Sequence record: NC_054925.1
Strand: one strand, 5' to 3'
From: Escherichia phage vB_EcoM_NBG2
DNA length: 64,000 nt
Positions 48,253 to 64,000 of the stretch are shown one piece after another. The notes under the pieces are model-generated. The model searched no databases and had not been told where the DNA came from. It saw only the letters and a list, made by a program, of their open reading frames with translations. The position numbers and the translations under genes are program-made. Positions within the stretch are counted from its first letter, which is position 1; every line of letters begins with the position of its first letter.

Positions 48253-49249
48253 TTCAAGTGTTATCTATCGTGCGATAGTTACTTCAAAATTTAGAACAGA
48301 AAAAATGTTGAATTTTTATAATTCAATTGGAAGTGGTCCGGATAAAAACACTATCTTTATTACATTTGGAAGATCAGAACCGTGGTCATCAAACGAAAAT
48401 GAGGTGGGATTTGCCCCACCTTATCCCACCGATTCTGTGTTAGGTGTAACTGACATGTGGACTCATATGATGGGAACCGTGAAGGTTCTTCCATCTATGC
48501 TTGATGCAGTTATTCCTCGTCGAGATTGGGGGGATACTAGATATCCGGATCCATACACATTTAGAATTAACGATATTGTAGTGTGTAACTCAGCTCCTTA
48601 CAACGCTACCGAATCAGGCGCAGGCTGGTTAGTATATCGTTGTTTAGATGTTCCTGATACCGGAATGTGCTCAATTGAGTCTTTAACTAATAAGGATGAA
48701 TGCCTTAAGTTAGGTGGAAAATGGACTCCTTCTGTTAGGTCAATGACTCCTCCTGAAGGTCGAGGAGACGCGGAAGGAACAATCGAACCTGGAGACGGGT
48801 ATGTATGGGAATATCTTTTTGAGATTCCGCCTGATGTATCTATAAACAGATGCACAAATGAATATATCGTAGTTCCTTGGCCTGAGGAATTAAAAGAAGA
48901 CCCAACTAGATGGGGGTATGAAGATAACCTCACCTGGCAGCAAGATGATTTTGGATTAATTTACCGGGTTAAGGCAAATACTATTCGTTTTAAAGCATAC
49001 TTAGATTCAGTGTATTTTCCTGAAGCTGCATTGCCAGGAAATAAAGGATTTAGACAAATATCGATAATCACGAATCCTCTTGAAGCTAAAGTTCATCCAA
49101 ATGACCCAAACGTTAAAGCTGAAAAGGATTACTATGATCCGGAAGATTTAATGAGGCATTCGGGCGAAATGATTTATATGGAAAATAGGCCACCTATTAT
49201 TATGGCAATGGATCAAACAGAAGAAATCAATATTCTGTTTACATTTTAA
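48245..49249 (+). CDS. 8: baseplate wedge protein gp8
   Basis: 334 aa; followed by hairpin plus T-run terminator. Confidence 0.92.
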   Translation: MNDSSVIYRAIVTSKFRTEKMLNFYNSIGSGPDKNTIFITFGRSEPWSSNENEVGFAPPYPTDSVLGVTDMWTHMMGTVKVLPSMLDAVIPRRDWGDTRYPDPYTFRINDIVVCNSAPYNATESGAGWLVYRCLDVPDTGMCSIESLTNKDECLKLGGKWTPSVRSMTPPEGRGDAEGTIEPGDGYVWEYLFEIPPDVSINRCTNEYIVVPWPEELKEDPTRWGYEDNLTWQQDDFGLIYRVKANTIRFKAYLDSVYFPEAALPGNKGFRQISIITNPLEAKVHPNDPNVKAEKDYYDPEDLMRHSGEMIYMENRPPIIMAMDQTEEINILFTF

Positions 49250-49254
49250 ATTAA

Positions 49255-49280
49255 GGGAGCCCATGGGCTCCCTTTTTCTT
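49255..49280 (+). terminator. intrinsic terminator after gene 8
   Basis: GGGAGCCC-ATG-GGCTCCC followed by TTTTTCTTT. Confidence 0.7.
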
Positions 49281-49288
49281 TATAAATA
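49281..49288 (+). promoter_or_regulatory. late promoter (TATAAATA) for gene 9
   Basis: Exact TATAAATA between gene 8 terminator and gene 9. Confidence 0.6.
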
Positions 49289-49312
49289 CTATAAACTCAT
49301 AAGGAAACCGCT

Positions 49313-50179
49313 ATGTTCATTCAAGAACCAAAGAAATTGATTGATACCGGCGAAATTGGTAACGCTTCTACTGGTGATATCTTATTCGACGGTGGTAATA
49401 AAATTAATAGTGATTTTAACGCAATTTATAACGCGTTTGGCGATCAGCGTAAAATGGCAGTAGCAAATGGCACTGGTGCTAACGGCCAAATTATCCATGC
49501 TACTGGATATTATCAAAAACACTCTATTGCAGAGTACGCAACTCCAGTAAAAGTTGGTACTAGACATGATATTGATACCTCTACTGTTGGTGTTAAAGTT
49601 ATCATTGAAAGAGGCGAACTTGGCGACTGCGTTGAATTTATTAACTCAAATGGATCAATATCAGTTACTAATCCTTTAACGATTCAAGCTATTGATTCAA
49701 TTAAAGGCGTTTCAGGTAATTTGGTAGTAACTAGCCCATATAGTAAAGTTACTTTACGTTGTATTTCATCTGATAATTCTACGTCAGTTTGGAATTATTC
49801 TATTGAAAGTATGTTTGGCCAAAAGGAATCACCGGCCGAAGGTACATGGAATATTTCTACATCTGGGTCAGTTGACATTCCATTATTTCATCGTACTGAA
49901 TATAACATGGCTAAATTGTTAGTTACATGCCAATCAGTAGATGGAAGAAAAATTAAAACAGCAGAAATAAATATTCTTGTAGATACTGTTAATTCAACGG
50001 TCATTTCTTCTGAATATGCTGTCATGCGGGTTGGGAATGAAACCGAAGAAGACGAAATCGCTAATATTGCATTTAGTATTAAAGAAAATTATGTAACGGC
50101 GACTATAAGTTCTTCAACTGTCGGTATGAGAGCAGCAGTTAAAGTTATCGCTACGCAGAAAATCGGGGTGGCTCAATAA
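49313..50179 (+). CDS. 9: baseplate wedge protein gp9 (long tail-fibre socket)
   Basis: 288 aa; late promoter TATAAATA upstream. Confidence 0.92.
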   Translation: MFIQEPKKLIDTGEIGNASTGDILFDGGNKINSDFNAIYNAFGDQRKMAVANGTGANGQIIHATGYYQKHSIAEYATPVKVGTRHDIDTSTVGVKVIIERGELGDCVEFINSNGSISVTNPLTIQAIDSIKGVSGNLVVTSPYSKVTLRCISSDNSTSVWNYSIESMFGQKESPAEGTWNISTSGSVDIPLFHRTEYNMAKLLVTCQSVDGRKIKTAEINILVDTVNSTVISSEYAVMRVGNETEEDEIANIAFSIKENYVTATISSSTVGMRAAVKVIATQKIGVAQ

Positions 50180-51984
50180 TGAAACAAAATATTAATATCG
50201 GTAATGTTGTTGATGATGGTACCGGTGACTACCTGCGTAAAGGTGGTATAAAAATAAATGAAAACTTTGATGAACTTTATTATGAACTTGGTGATGGAGA
50301 TGTTCCATATTCAGCCGGTGCCTGGAAAACTTATGATGCTTCATCTGGACAAACACTAACGGCAGAATGGGGAAAATCATACGCTATTAATACCTCTTCT
50401 GGAAGAGTAACTCTACAACTTCCTAAAGGAACTGTTAATGATTACAACAAGGTAATTAGAGCTAGAGACGTATTCGCTACATGGAACATCAATCCAGTTA
50501 CTTTAGTAGCTGCTTCCGGAGATACAATTAAAGGGTCGTCATCGTCAGTTGAAATTAATATTCAATTTAGTGATTTAGAGCTCGTTTATTGCGCTCCAGG
50601 ACGCTGGGAGTATGTCAAAAATAAGCAAATTGATAAAATTATTAGTTCAGACATTAGTAATGTAGCTCGCAAAGAATTTTTAGTTGAAGTTCAAGGGCAA
50701 ACAGACTTTTTAGATGTTTTCAATGGAACTAGTTATAATGTCAATAACATCAGAGTAAAACATCGTGGTAACGAATTGTATTACGGTGATGTATTTAGCG
50801 AAAATAGTGACTTTGGCTCTCCGGGCGAAAATGAAGGCGAATTAGTTCCTCTTGATGGATTTAATATTCGATTAAGACAGCCTTGTAATATTGGTGACAC
50901 CGTTCAAATTGAAACATTTATGGATGGTGTATCACAATGGAGAAGTTCATATACAAGACGCCAAATAAAAGTACTAGATTCAAAACTAACATCAAAGACT
51001 TCTTTAGAAGGAAGCATTTATGTTACTGATTTATCGGCGATGAAATCAATTCCATTTTCTGCATTTGGATTAATTCCTGGTGAACCCATTAATCCTAATT
51101 CTCTTGAGGTTCGTTTTAATGGAATTTTACAGCAGCAGGCTGGAACCGCTGGATATCCTCTGTTTTTGTGTGAAGGCGCTAGTTCAGATACGCGAGAAGG
51201 TTGTATATCTCTTGGTGGTGAATGGAAAGAATCAAACACAGATTATTCTATAGAATATGAAGATGGAAAACCTACCAGTCTTTTATTTGATAGAAAATTT
51301 GAATCAGGTGATATAATCGTTATAACGTGGTTCAATAATGATTTAGGAACTCTTTTAGAAAAAGATGACATTATTGAATTAACGGATGACCGTTATGTTA
51401 GCAAAGGATCATCTACCGAAGTTACTGGTGATGTAGCCTTAACAGATTTTGATAAAATCGGTTGGCCAAATGTTGAAAAAGTTGATTCTTATACTAGAAT
51501 GTATAATTCAATATCATCTATTTTCGACAGCATTTATCCTGTTGGTTCAATTTATGAAAATGCTATAAATCCAAATAATCCGGTGACTTATATGGGATTT
51601 GGTTCATGGAAATTATTTGGTAAAGGACAAGTTTTAGTAGGATGGAATGATGATGTTACGGATCCAAACTTTGCTTTAAACAATAATGATTTAGATTCTA
51701 GCGGAAATCCTTCACATACTGCCGGTGGAACAGTTGGAACAACAACGGTGACACTTGAAAACGCAAATCTTCCTGCAACTAAAACCGACGAAAGAGTTTT
51801 AATTGAAGACGAAAACGGATCAGTTATTATTGGAGGTTGCCAATATGACCCAGATGAAACTGGTCCTATATATACAAAATATCGTGAAGACTACGCAACA
51901 ACAAACTCTTCACATACTCCTCCTGCTAATATTAGTAATATTCAACCGTCTATTACTGTATACCGTTGGATAAGGATTGCATAA
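50179..51984 (+). CDS. 10: baseplate protein gp10
   Basis: 601 aa; size and order as in T4. Confidence 0.92.
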   Translation: MKQNINIGNVVDDGTGDYLRKGGIKINENFDELYYELGDGDVPYSAGAWKTYDASSGQTLTAEWGKSYAINTSSGRVTLQLPKGTVNDYNKVIRARDVFATWNINPVTLVAASGDTIKGSSSSVEINIQFSDLELVYCAPGRWEYVKNKQIDKIISSDISNVARKEFLVEVQGQTDFLDVFNGTSYNVNNIRVKHRGNELYYGDVFSENSDFGSPGENEGELVPLDGFNIRLRQPCNIGDTVQIETFMDGVSQWRSSYTRRQIKVLDSKLTSKTSLEGSIYVTDLSAMKSIPFSAFGLIPGEPINPNSLEVRFNGILQQQAGTAGYPLFLCEGASSDTREGCISLGGEWKESNTDYSIEYEDGKPTSLLFDRKFESGDIIVITWFNNDLGTLLEKDDIIELTDDRYVSKGSSTEVTGDVALTDFDKIGWPNVEKVDSYTRMYNSISSIFDSIYPVGSIYENAINPNNPVTYMGFGSWKLFGKGQVLVGWNDDVTDPNFALNNNDLDSSGNPSHTAGGTVGTTTVTLENANLPATKTDERVLIEDENGSVIIGGCQYDPDETGPIYTKYREDYATTNSSHTPPANISNIQPSITVYRWIRIA

Positions 51985-52643
51985 TGAGTTTACTTAATAA
52001 TAAAGCGGGAGTTATTTCCCGCTTAGCAGATTTTCTTGGTTTTAGAACTAAGAAAAATGATATTTCGGTTATGAATAATCAGCCAGTAGGCGCTGTAACA
52101 ATTTCACAAATAGCAAAAGGTTTTTATGACCCAAATGTAGAATCTGCTATCAATGATGTTAGAAATATGGCAGAGCAACAAGTTGGAGCTGTATTAGTTA
52201 ATATAAGCGGCGTATCTCCTACTGGCGTGCAGCAAACAGACTATTGGTCATTTGAAGGAACTGTCAATGATACTTCAGCCAAACCAGGTGACCCAGTTAT
52301 TGTTAACATGTTTGGCATTCCTGTTAAAGCTACTAATGGAATGACTTCAATCGAATTTACCAGTGCCGTTAGAACAGCTCTGCAGGAAATGGTTGCAAAA
52401 TTTATTGCAATTGATTCATTTGAAGACCATCCTACCATAGGAAATAAAATACAAGTTAAGTATTTAGATAACCAAGAACATATCTTAGAACAATACTCTG
52501 ATAAAGGAATTACTTTCAAACAAGAAATAATTTCTCCTTCTAAACCTGGATACGGAACTTGGCAATTATTAGGTGCGCAAACTGTCACGCTAGATAGTCA
52601 CACACAACCTACGGTATTTTATTATTTTGAGAGAATAGCATGA
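51984..52643 (+). CDS. 11: baseplate protein gp11 (short tail-fibre attachment)
   Basis: Start set at [20 protein letters not shown] (219 aa) as in T4 gp11; coupled to gene 10 stop (TAATG). Confidence 0.9.
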   Translation: MSLLNNKAGVISRLADFLGFRTKKNDISVMNNQPVGAVTISQIAKGFYDPNVESAINDVRNMAEQQVGAVLVNISGVSPTGVQQTDYWSFEGTVNDTSAKPGDPVIVNMFGIPVKATNGMTSIEFTSAVRTALQEMVAKFIAIDSFEDHPTIGNKIQVKYLDNQEHILEQYSDKGITFKQEIISPSKPGYGTWQLLGAQTVTLDSHTQPTVFYYFERIA

Positions 52644-54196
52644 GTAACAATACATATCAGCACGTATCAAATGAATCAAAATATGTTAAATTCGATCCTA
52701 CTGGATCGAATTTTCCTGACACTGTCACGACAGTGCAGTCTGCATTATCAAAAATAAGTAATATCGGCGTAAATGGTATTCCTGATGCAACTATGGAAGT
52801 TAAAGGAATAGCAATGATTGCGTCAGAGCAAGAGGTTTTAGATGGAACTAATAATTCTAAAATCGTTACACCAGCTACATTAGCAACAAGATTATTGTAT
52901 CCAAATGCTACTGAAACTAAGTATGGTTTAACGCGCTATTCAACAAATGAAGAAACATTAGAAGGCTCAGATAATAATTCATCAATAACGCCGCAAAAAC
53001 TGAAATACCATACTGACGATGTGTTCCAAAATAGATATTCGTCTGAGTCATCAAACGGGGTTATTAAAATATCATCTACACCTGCAGCTTTAGCTGGAGT
53101 TGATGATACTACGGCGATGACTCCATTAAAAACGCAAAAACTTGCAATAAAATTAATTTCACAAATAGCTCCTTCCGAAGATACTGCATCAGAATCTGTG
53201 AGAGGTGTAGTTCAATTATCTACTGTTGCGCAAACTCGTCAAGGAACTCTCCGCGAAGGATATGCAATTTCTCCGTATACCTTTATGAATTCTGTTGCAA
53301 CACAAGAATATAAGGGTGTTATACGTTTAGGAACACAATCGGAAATTAACAGTAATTTAGGAGATGTTGCAGTAACAGGTGAAACACTAAATGGTCGAGG
53401 AGCTACTGGTTCTATGCGTGGGGTGGTAAAATTAACGACGCAAGCCGGTATTGCCCCTGAAGGTGATAGCTCTGGTGCATTAGCATGGAACGCAGATGTA
53501 ATTAATACTCGTGGTGGACAAACTATTAATGGTTCTTTAAATTTAGACCATCTTACAGCAAACGGAATTTGGTCGCGCGGCGGAATGTGGAAAAATGGCG
53601 ATCAACCTGTTGCCACTGAAAGATATGCGTCAGAAAAGGTTCCAGTTGGAACTATTATGATGTTTGCGGGAGATTCAGCACCTCCGGGTTGGATTATGTG
53701 CCATGGTGGAACAGTGTCAGGAGATCAATATCCTGATTATAGAAACACAGTTGGAACAAGATTTGGTGGTGATTGGAATAATCCTGGTATTCCTGATATG
53801 CGAGGTCTTTTCGTCAGAGGAGCCGGCACGGGCGGTCATATTTTAAATCAACGAGGACAAGATGGTTATGGGAAGGATAGACTTGGTGTAGGATGTGACG
53901 GAATGCATGTTGGTGGCGTTCAGGCACAACAAATGTCATACCATAAACATGTTGGTGCCTGGGGGGAAAATGGAAATAACAGAGGTTATGCACCGTTTGG
54001 CGCATCTAATGGCAGTGGATATTTAGGCAATGGTAGAAGCGCCGACTGGGACAACCATTTGTTCTTTACTAACGACGGATTTGAAATGGGTGGTGCTCGT
54101 GACTCGTTTGGCACGTTAAACCGTGAAGGATTAATTGGTTATGAAACTAGACCATGGAATATATCATTAAACTATATTATTAAAGTTCATTACTAA
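52640..54196 (+). CDS. 12: short tail fibre protein gp12
   Basis: 518 aa; position and repeat-rich sequence. Confidence 0.9.
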   Translation: MSNNTYQHVSNESKYVKFDPTGSNFPDTVTTVQSALSKISNIGVNGIPDATMEVKGIAMIASEQEVLDGTNNSKIVTPATLATRLLYPNATETKYGLTRYSTNEETLEGSDNNSSITPQKLKYHTDDVFQNRYSSESSNGVIKISSTPAALAGVDDTTAMTPLKTQKLAIKLISQIAPSEDTASESVRGVVQLSTVAQTRQGTLREGYAISPYTFMNSVATQEYKGVIRLGTQSEINSNLGDVAVTGETLNGRGATGSMRGVVKLTTQAGIAPEGDSSGALAWNADVINTRGGQTINGSLNLDHLTANGIWSRGGMWKNGDQPVATERYASEKVPVGTIMMFAGDSAPPGWIMCHGGTVSGDQYPDYRNTVGTRFGGDWNNPGIPDMRGLFVRGAGTGGHILNQRGQDGYGKDRLGVGCDGMHVGGVQAQQMSYHKHVGAWGENGNNRGYAPFGASNGSGYLGNGRSADWDNHLFFTNDGFEMGGARDSFGTLNREGLIGYETRPWNISLNYIIKVHY

Positions 54197-54205
54197 GGAT
54201 TACAA

Positions 54206-55663
54206 ATGATTGAATTAAAAGAGTTACCTTTTGTTGATAGCGTTCCTGGCGAAGGTCAGGAACGTATTTCATGGATTAAAAATGGTGAAGAAATATTAGG
54301 AGCTAGTACTAAGTATGGAAACGATGGGTCAATGAATAGACCAACTGTTTCCGTGTTTAAAAATGTCGAGGTTCTCGACGAAAATGTAGGAATTCTTAAA
54401 ACTGCCATTGAAACATCTCAGGAAGATATTAAAACAATTCAAGGAGTTTTAGATGTATCAGGAGATATAGAAGCACTATCGCAGATCAGCATTAATAAAA
54501 ATGATATATCAAATTTAAAGACACTTACTAATGAACACACTGATATATTAACTGGAACTAATAATACAGTTGATAATATTCTTTCTGATATTGGTCCATT
54601 TAATTCGCAAGCAAATTCAGTTTATAGAACGATTAGAAATGATTTGTTATGGATTAAAAGAGAATTAGGACAATATGCTGGGCAAGACATTAATGGTCTT
54701 CCTGTTGTAGGAAATAGCAGCACGGGTATGAAGCACCGCATCATTAATAATACAGATGCTATAACTTCCCAAGGAATACGTCTAAGTGATTTGGAAGAAA
54801 AATTTATTGAATCTGATGTAGGTTCACTGACAATTGAAGTCGGAAATCTTAGACAAGAACTTGGACAAAGACCATCTTCATTCAGTGAAAGCATATATTC
54901 ACGTGTTCATAATTTAGATCAATCGCAGATTAATCTTAGTTCCGAAATTAAATCTATCAAAACTTCTATTGGATATCCAGGAAATACTTCAATAATCACA
55001 GATGTTAACACTAATACACGAGAAGTTTCAGCTTTAAATGATGAACTAAATAAAAGCGGAGGTATTAAACAACGATTGACTGTCATTGAAACGTCAATTG
55101 GCTCAGATGATATTCCTTCTAGTATTAAAGGTAGAATTAAAGATAATACCACATCAATTGAGTTTTTAAATGGAATTGTTGGTGAAAACACTTCATCTGG
55201 ACTACGAGCAAACGTTTCATGGCTAAACCAAATCGTTGGAACTGATTCTAGTGGAGGTCAGCCTTCTCCTCCTGGGTCTCTTTTAAATAGGGTTTCAACT
55301 GTTGAAACTTCAGTTAATAGACTGAACAATGATGTTCAAAACTTACAAGTTGAAATTGGTAATAACACTACTGGAATTAAAGGCCAAGTTGTTGCACTAA
55401 ATAAACTAGTAAGCGGCACAAATCCAAATGGTTCAACAGTAGAAGAGCGCGGATTAACTAATTCAATAAAAGCTAATGAAACTAACATTTCTTCTATTAA
55501 TCAAGAAATGCGTAGTATTAAAAGTAATGTATCTTCATTACAGGGGGATGTTCAGACTTTACAGGAAGCAGGTTATATCCCTGAAGCTCCAAAAGATGGC
55601 CAAGCTTACGTTCGTAAAGACGGCGAATGGGTACTACTTTCTACCTTTTTATCACCAGCATAA
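54206..55663 (+). CDS. wac: fibritin (whiskers)
   Basis: 485 aa segmented coiled coil ending in [27 protein letters not shown] foldon. Confidence 0.93.
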   Translation: MIELKELPFVDSVPGEGQERISWIKNGEEILGASTKYGNDGSMNRPTVSVFKNVEVLDENVGILKTAIETSQEDIKTIQGVLDVSGDIEALSQISINKNDISNLKTLTNEHTDILTGTNNTVDNILSDIGPFNSQANSVYRTIRNDLLWIKRELGQYAGQDINGLPVVGNSSTGMKHRIINNTDAITSQGIRLSDLEEKFIESDVGSLTIEVGNLRQELGQRPSSFSESIYSRVHNLDQSQINLSSEIKSIKTSIGYPGNTSIITDVNTNTREVSALNDELNKSGGIKQRLTVIETSIGSDDIPSSIKGRIKDNTTSIEFLNGIVGENTSSGLRANVSWLNQIVGTDSSGGQPSPPGSLLNRVSTVETSVNRLNNDVQNLQVEIGNNTTGIKGQVVALNKLVSGTNPNGSTVEERGLTNSIKANETNISSINQEMRSIKSNVSSLQGDVQTLQEAGYIPEAPKDGQAYVRKDGEWVLLSTFLSPA

Positions 55664-55666
55664 CAT

Positions 55667-55682
55667 GGGGCCGCAAGGCCCC
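55667..55682 (+). terminator. stable hairpin after wac (GCAA tetraloop); terminator or RNA-stability element
   Basis: GGGGCC-GCAA-GGCCCC; no immediate T-run. Confidence 0.35.
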
Positions 55683-55695
55683 AAAGGATTTTTAA

Positions 55696-57397
<1,702 letters not shown>

Positions 57398-57438
57398 TAA
57401 ATATTATAAACTAATTAAAGCCCAGATTAGGAGAAATC

Positions 57439-60579
<3,141 letters not shown>

Positions 60580-60607
60580 TATTAAAGCATATTAAAGAGG
60601 ATTAAAA

Positions 60608-62587
60608 ATGACTTTATTATCTCCGGGCATTGAGCTCAAAGAAACTACGGTTCAAAGCACCGTGGTTAATAACTCTACTGGTACAGCAGCTTTGGCCGGT
60701 AAATTCCAGTGGGGTCCTGCTTTTCAGATCAAACAGGTTACAAATGAAGTAGATTTAGTTAATACTTTTGGTCAACCTACAGCTGAAACTGCTGACTATT
60801 TTATGTCTGCAATGAATTTCTTACAATATGGAAATGATTTGCGAGTTGTGCGTGCTGTCGATAGAGATACCGCTAAAAACTCATCTCCGATTGCTGGTAA
60901 TATTGAATACACTATTTCTACCCCAGGTAGTAACTACGCGGTTGGAGATAAAATCACAGTTAAGTATGTTTCAGAAGACATTGAAACGGAAGGTAAAATT
61001 ACCGAAGTAGATGCTGATGGAAAAATTAAGAAAATTAATATTCCTACCGCAAAAATTATCGCTAAAGCGAAAGAAGTCGGTGAATATCCAGCATTAGGTT
61101 CTAACTGGACCGCGGAAATTTCTTCGTCTTCCTCTGGTTTAGCTGCAGTAATAACTCTTGGAAAAATTATTACTGATTCTGGTATTTTATTAGCTGAAAT
61201 TGAAAATGCCGAAGCTGCTATGACAGCGGTTGAATTTCAAACAAATCTCGAAAAATATGGAATTCCAGGAGTAGTAGCTCTTTATCCAGGCGAGTTGGGC
61301 GATAAAATCGAAATCGAAATCGTATCTAAAGCTGACTACGCAAAAGGAGCTTCTGCATTACTCCCAATTTATCCAGGTGGCGGAACACGCGCATCTACTG
61401 CCAAAGCAGTGTTTGGATATGGACCACAAACTGATTCGCAATACGCTATTATAGTTCGTCGTAATGATGCTATTGTTCAAAGCGTTGTTCTTTCAACAAA
61501 GCGTGGTGAAAAAGATATTTACGATAGTAACATCTACATTGATGACTTTTTCGCAAAAGGCGGTTCAGAATATATTTTCGCAACTGCACAAAACTGGCCA
61601 GAAGGATTCTCTGGAATTTTAACTCTGTCTGGTGGATTATCATCAAATGCTGAAGTAACAGCAGGAGATTTGATGGAAGCTTGGGACTTCTTTGCTGACC
61701 GTGAATCTGTTGACGTTCAGTTGTTTATTGCGGGTTCTTGTGCCGGTGAATCTTTAGAAACAGCATCTACTGTCCAAAAACACGTCGTTTCAATTGGGGA
61801 TGCTCGCCAGGATTGCTTAGTATTGTGCTCACCACCGCGCGAAACTGTAGTTGGAATTCCTGTAACTCGCGCTGTTGATAACTTAGTCAATTGGAGAACC
61901 GCAACAGGTTCATACACTGATAATAACTTTAATATCAGTTCAACCTACGCAGCAATTGATGGTAACTACAAATATCAGTATGACAAATATAATGATGTCA
62001 ATCGCTGGGTTCCATTAGCAGCTGATATTGCCGGTTTATGTGCAAGAACCGATAACGTTTCTCAGACTTGGATGTCTCCAGCTGGTTATAATCGCGGCCA
62101 GATTCTTAACGTTATTAAACTTGCTATTGAAACTCGCCAAGCTCAGCGCGACCGTTTATATCAAGAAGCTATCAACCCAGTAACTGGTACAGGTGGTGAT
62201 GGTTACGTATTATATGGTGATAAAACAGCTACTTCTGTTCCTTCTCCATTTGATCGTATTAACGTTCGTCGTCTGTTTAATATGTTGAAAACGAATATCG
62301 GACGTAGTTCAAAATATCGTTTGTTCGAATTAAACAACGCGTTTACTCGTTCATCATTCCGCACAGAAACTGCCCAATACTTACAGGGAATTAAAGCTCT
62401 CGGTGGAATTTATGAATATCGTGTAGTTTGCGATACAACAAATAACACTCCGTCAGTAATTGATAGAAATGAGTTTGTTGCAACATTCTACATCCAACCG
62501 GCTCGTAGTATAAATTATATCCAACTTAATTTCGTCGCAACTGCTACTGGTGCAGATTTTGATGAGTTAACTGGTCTTGCAGGTTAA
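60608..62587 (+). CDS. 18: tail sheath protein
   Basis: 659 aa; late promoter TATAAATA upstream. Confidence 0.95.
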   Translation: MTLLSPGIELKETTVQSTVVNNSTGTAALAGKFQWGPAFQIKQVTNEVDLVNTFGQPTAETADYFMSAMNFLQYGNDLRVVRAVDRDTAKNSSPIAGNIEYTISTPGSNYAVGDKITVKYVSEDIETEGKITEVDADGKIKKINIPTAKIIAKAKEVGEYPALGSNWTAEISSSSSGLAAVITLGKIITDSGILLAEIENAEAAMTAVEFQTNLEKYGIPGVVALYPGELGDKIEIEIVSKADYAKGASALLPIYPGGGTRASTAKAVFGYGPQTDSQYAIIVRRNDAIVQSVVLSTKRGEKDIYDSNIYIDDFFAKGGSEYIFATAQNWPEGFSGILTLSGGLSSNAEVTAGDLMEAWDFFADRESVDVQLFIAGSCAGESLETASTVQKHVVSIGDARQDCLVLCSPPRETVVGIPVTRAVDNLVNWRTATGSYTDNNFNISSTYAAIDGNYKYQYDKYNDVNRWVPLAADIAGLCARTDNVSQTWMSPAGYNRGQILNVIKLAIETRQAQRDRLYQEAINPVTGTGGDGYVLYGDKTATSVPSPFDRINVRRLFNMLKTNIGRSSKYRLFELNNAFTRSSFRTETAQYLQGIKALGGIYEYRVVCDTTNNTPSVIDRNEFVATFYIQPARSINYIQLNFVATATGADFDELTGLAG

Positions 62588-62593
62588 TTGATT

Positions 62594-63232
62594 ATGGGGC
62601 TTCGGCCCCTATTCTCGAGGAAACAAGTGATTATTTCTAAGTTTGTTACAATAAAACCAAGAAATCATTCAAAAATGTGGTCGACAATTCTGGGATATAA
62701 AGTATCATATCATGATACAGTATCTGTTCCAATAGAATTAATGCCAAAGAATAGTAATAAAATAGTTGACGCTAAGTGTGATTTGTGTGGTATTAAATTT
62801 AGTAGAAGCATTCAGCTTTTAAATAGAACACCCACGCATGCATGTAGAAAATGTAGCATTAAACAAGTTGCTATTAAAAATTCGGAAGTTCAATCTGGAA
62901 TAAGCAGACCATGGCAAAGAGGTGATAAACATCCTCGATGGACTGGTAAAAGAAAAGAGTTTGCATTATATGCTAGTAGAGTTCATTCTATAACTAAGTC
63001 AGCTAAAATAAGAAAAATCTGGTCAAAATGGCCGAATGCTGATAAAATAGGAGTGTGTGGTACAAAAGGTGCTTACCAACTCGATCATAAGGTATCTATC
63101 AAATATGGATTTGATAATTTAATTCCGCCGGAAATTATAGCAAGCGTAAAAAATTTAGAAATAATCACTTGGGAATCTAACCGAGAAAAGTCAAAAAGAA
63201 ATAGCGTAGATCTTTGGGATTTACTAGAATGA
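62594..63232 (+). CDS. putative HNH-family nuclease with N-terminal zinc ribbon (inserted between genes 18 and 19)
   Basis: CDLCG..(x15)..CRKC zinc ribbon; C-terminal LDHKVSIKYGFDNL...ITWESNREK resembles HNH core; ORF-track start is a TTG at 62588, first ATG at 62594 lies in a GGGGCttcgGCCCC hairpin, so start is uncertain (ATG at 62675 is an alternative). Confidence 0.55.
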   Translation: MGLRPLFSRKQVIISKFVTIKPRNHSKMWSTILGYKVSYHDTVSVPIELMPKNSNKIVDAKCDLCGIKFSRSIQLLNRTPTHACRKCSIKQVAIKNSEVQSGISRPWQRGDKHPRWTGKRKEFALYASRVHSITKSAKIRKIWSKWPNADKIGVCGTKGAYQLDHKVSIKYGFDNLIPPEIIASVKNLEIITWESNREKSKRNSVDLWDLLE

Positions 63233-63317
63233 TTCTAAAGGCCTGTTTCGGCAGGCCATATAAATACACTATATCCTTAATTCTTTAATTCTATATGCCC
63301 TAGGTTAAACATAGGGA

Positions 63318-63325
63318 TATAAATA
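63318..63325 (+). promoter_or_regulatory. late promoter (TATAAATA) for gene 19
   Basis: Exact TATAAATA 15 nt upstream of gene 19 start. Confidence 0.6.
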
Positions 63326-63339
63326 CTACAGAGGCTAAT

Positions 63340-63831
63340 ATGTTTGTAGATGATGTAACACGAGCGTTTGAATCTGGTGATTTTGCTCGACCTAACTTAT
63401 TCCAAGTAGAAATTTCTTATCTTGGACAAAATTTTACGTTTCAATGCAAAGCCACTGCTTTACCAGCTGGTATTGTAGAAAAAATTCCAGTCGGATTTAT
63501 GAACCGTAAAATTAACGTAGCAGGCGATCGTACATTCGATGACTGGACTATTACAGTAATGAATGATGAGGCACATGATGCACGCCAGAAGTTTGTTGAC
63601 TGGCAAAGCATTGCTGCTGGGCAAGGAAACGAAATTACTGGTGGAAAACCAGCAGAGTATAAAAAGAGTGCTATTGTACGCCAATATGCTCGTGACGCTA
63701 AAACTGTAACAAAAGAAGTCGAAATTAAAGGCCTGTGGCCTACTAACGTGGGTGAACTTCAGTTAGATTGGGATTCAAACAATGAAATCCAAACCTTTGA
63801 AGTAACTCTCGCTCTCGATTATTGGGAATAA
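63340..63831 (+). CDS. 19: tail tube protein
   Basis: 163 aa; MFVDDVTRAFESGDFARPNLFQVEISYLG as in T4 gp19; late promoter upstream. Confidence 0.95.
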   Translation: MFVDDVTRAFESGDFARPNLFQVEISYLGQNFTFQCKATALPAGIVEKIPVGFMNRKINVAGDRTFDDWTITVMNDEAHDARQKFVDWQSIAAGQGNEITGGKPAEYKKSAIVRQYARDAKTVTKEVEIKGLWPTNVGELQLDWDSNNEIQTFEVTLALDYWE

Positions 63832-63863
63832 AATGAATGGGGAGAAATCCCCATCCTGCTTAA

Positions 63864-64000
<137 letters not shown>

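Overview
The window is a contiguous piece of a T4-like (T-even, Tequatrovirus-type) myovirus genome. All identifications come from reading the supplied translations and DNA by eye and from recall of T4 proteins; no database search was run. Positions 1-40000 are an early/middle region on the minus strand: gene 47, alpha-glucosyltransferase, gene 55, nrdH/nrdG/nrdD, gene 49, nrdC, a long hyperplastic block of unknown genes, rI, tk, regB, a GrcA-like gene, lysozyme e, nudE, a 10-tRNA cluster, ipI, 57B (Acb1), 57A and genes 1, 3, 2, 4. Positions 40000-64000 are the late structural module on the plus strand: genes 53, 5, 5.1, 5.4, 6-12, wac, 13-19 and the start of gene 20. Early promoters (GTTTAC ... 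TGGTATAAT-like), late promoters (TATAAATA), UUCG-tetraloop hairpin terminators and overlapping start/stop codons are visible throughout. I found no single element that is clearly a new system. The strongest leads are a nucleotidyltransferase-fold gene beside a P-loop ATPase inside the nrdC-rI hyperplastic block, four tandem coiled-coil-tailed paralogs, an HNH nuclease-like ORF between genes 18 and 19, a GIY-YIG-like ORF between 47 and a-gt, two tRNAs beyond the T4 set, and a chimeric GrcA-like gene with host-like GC content.
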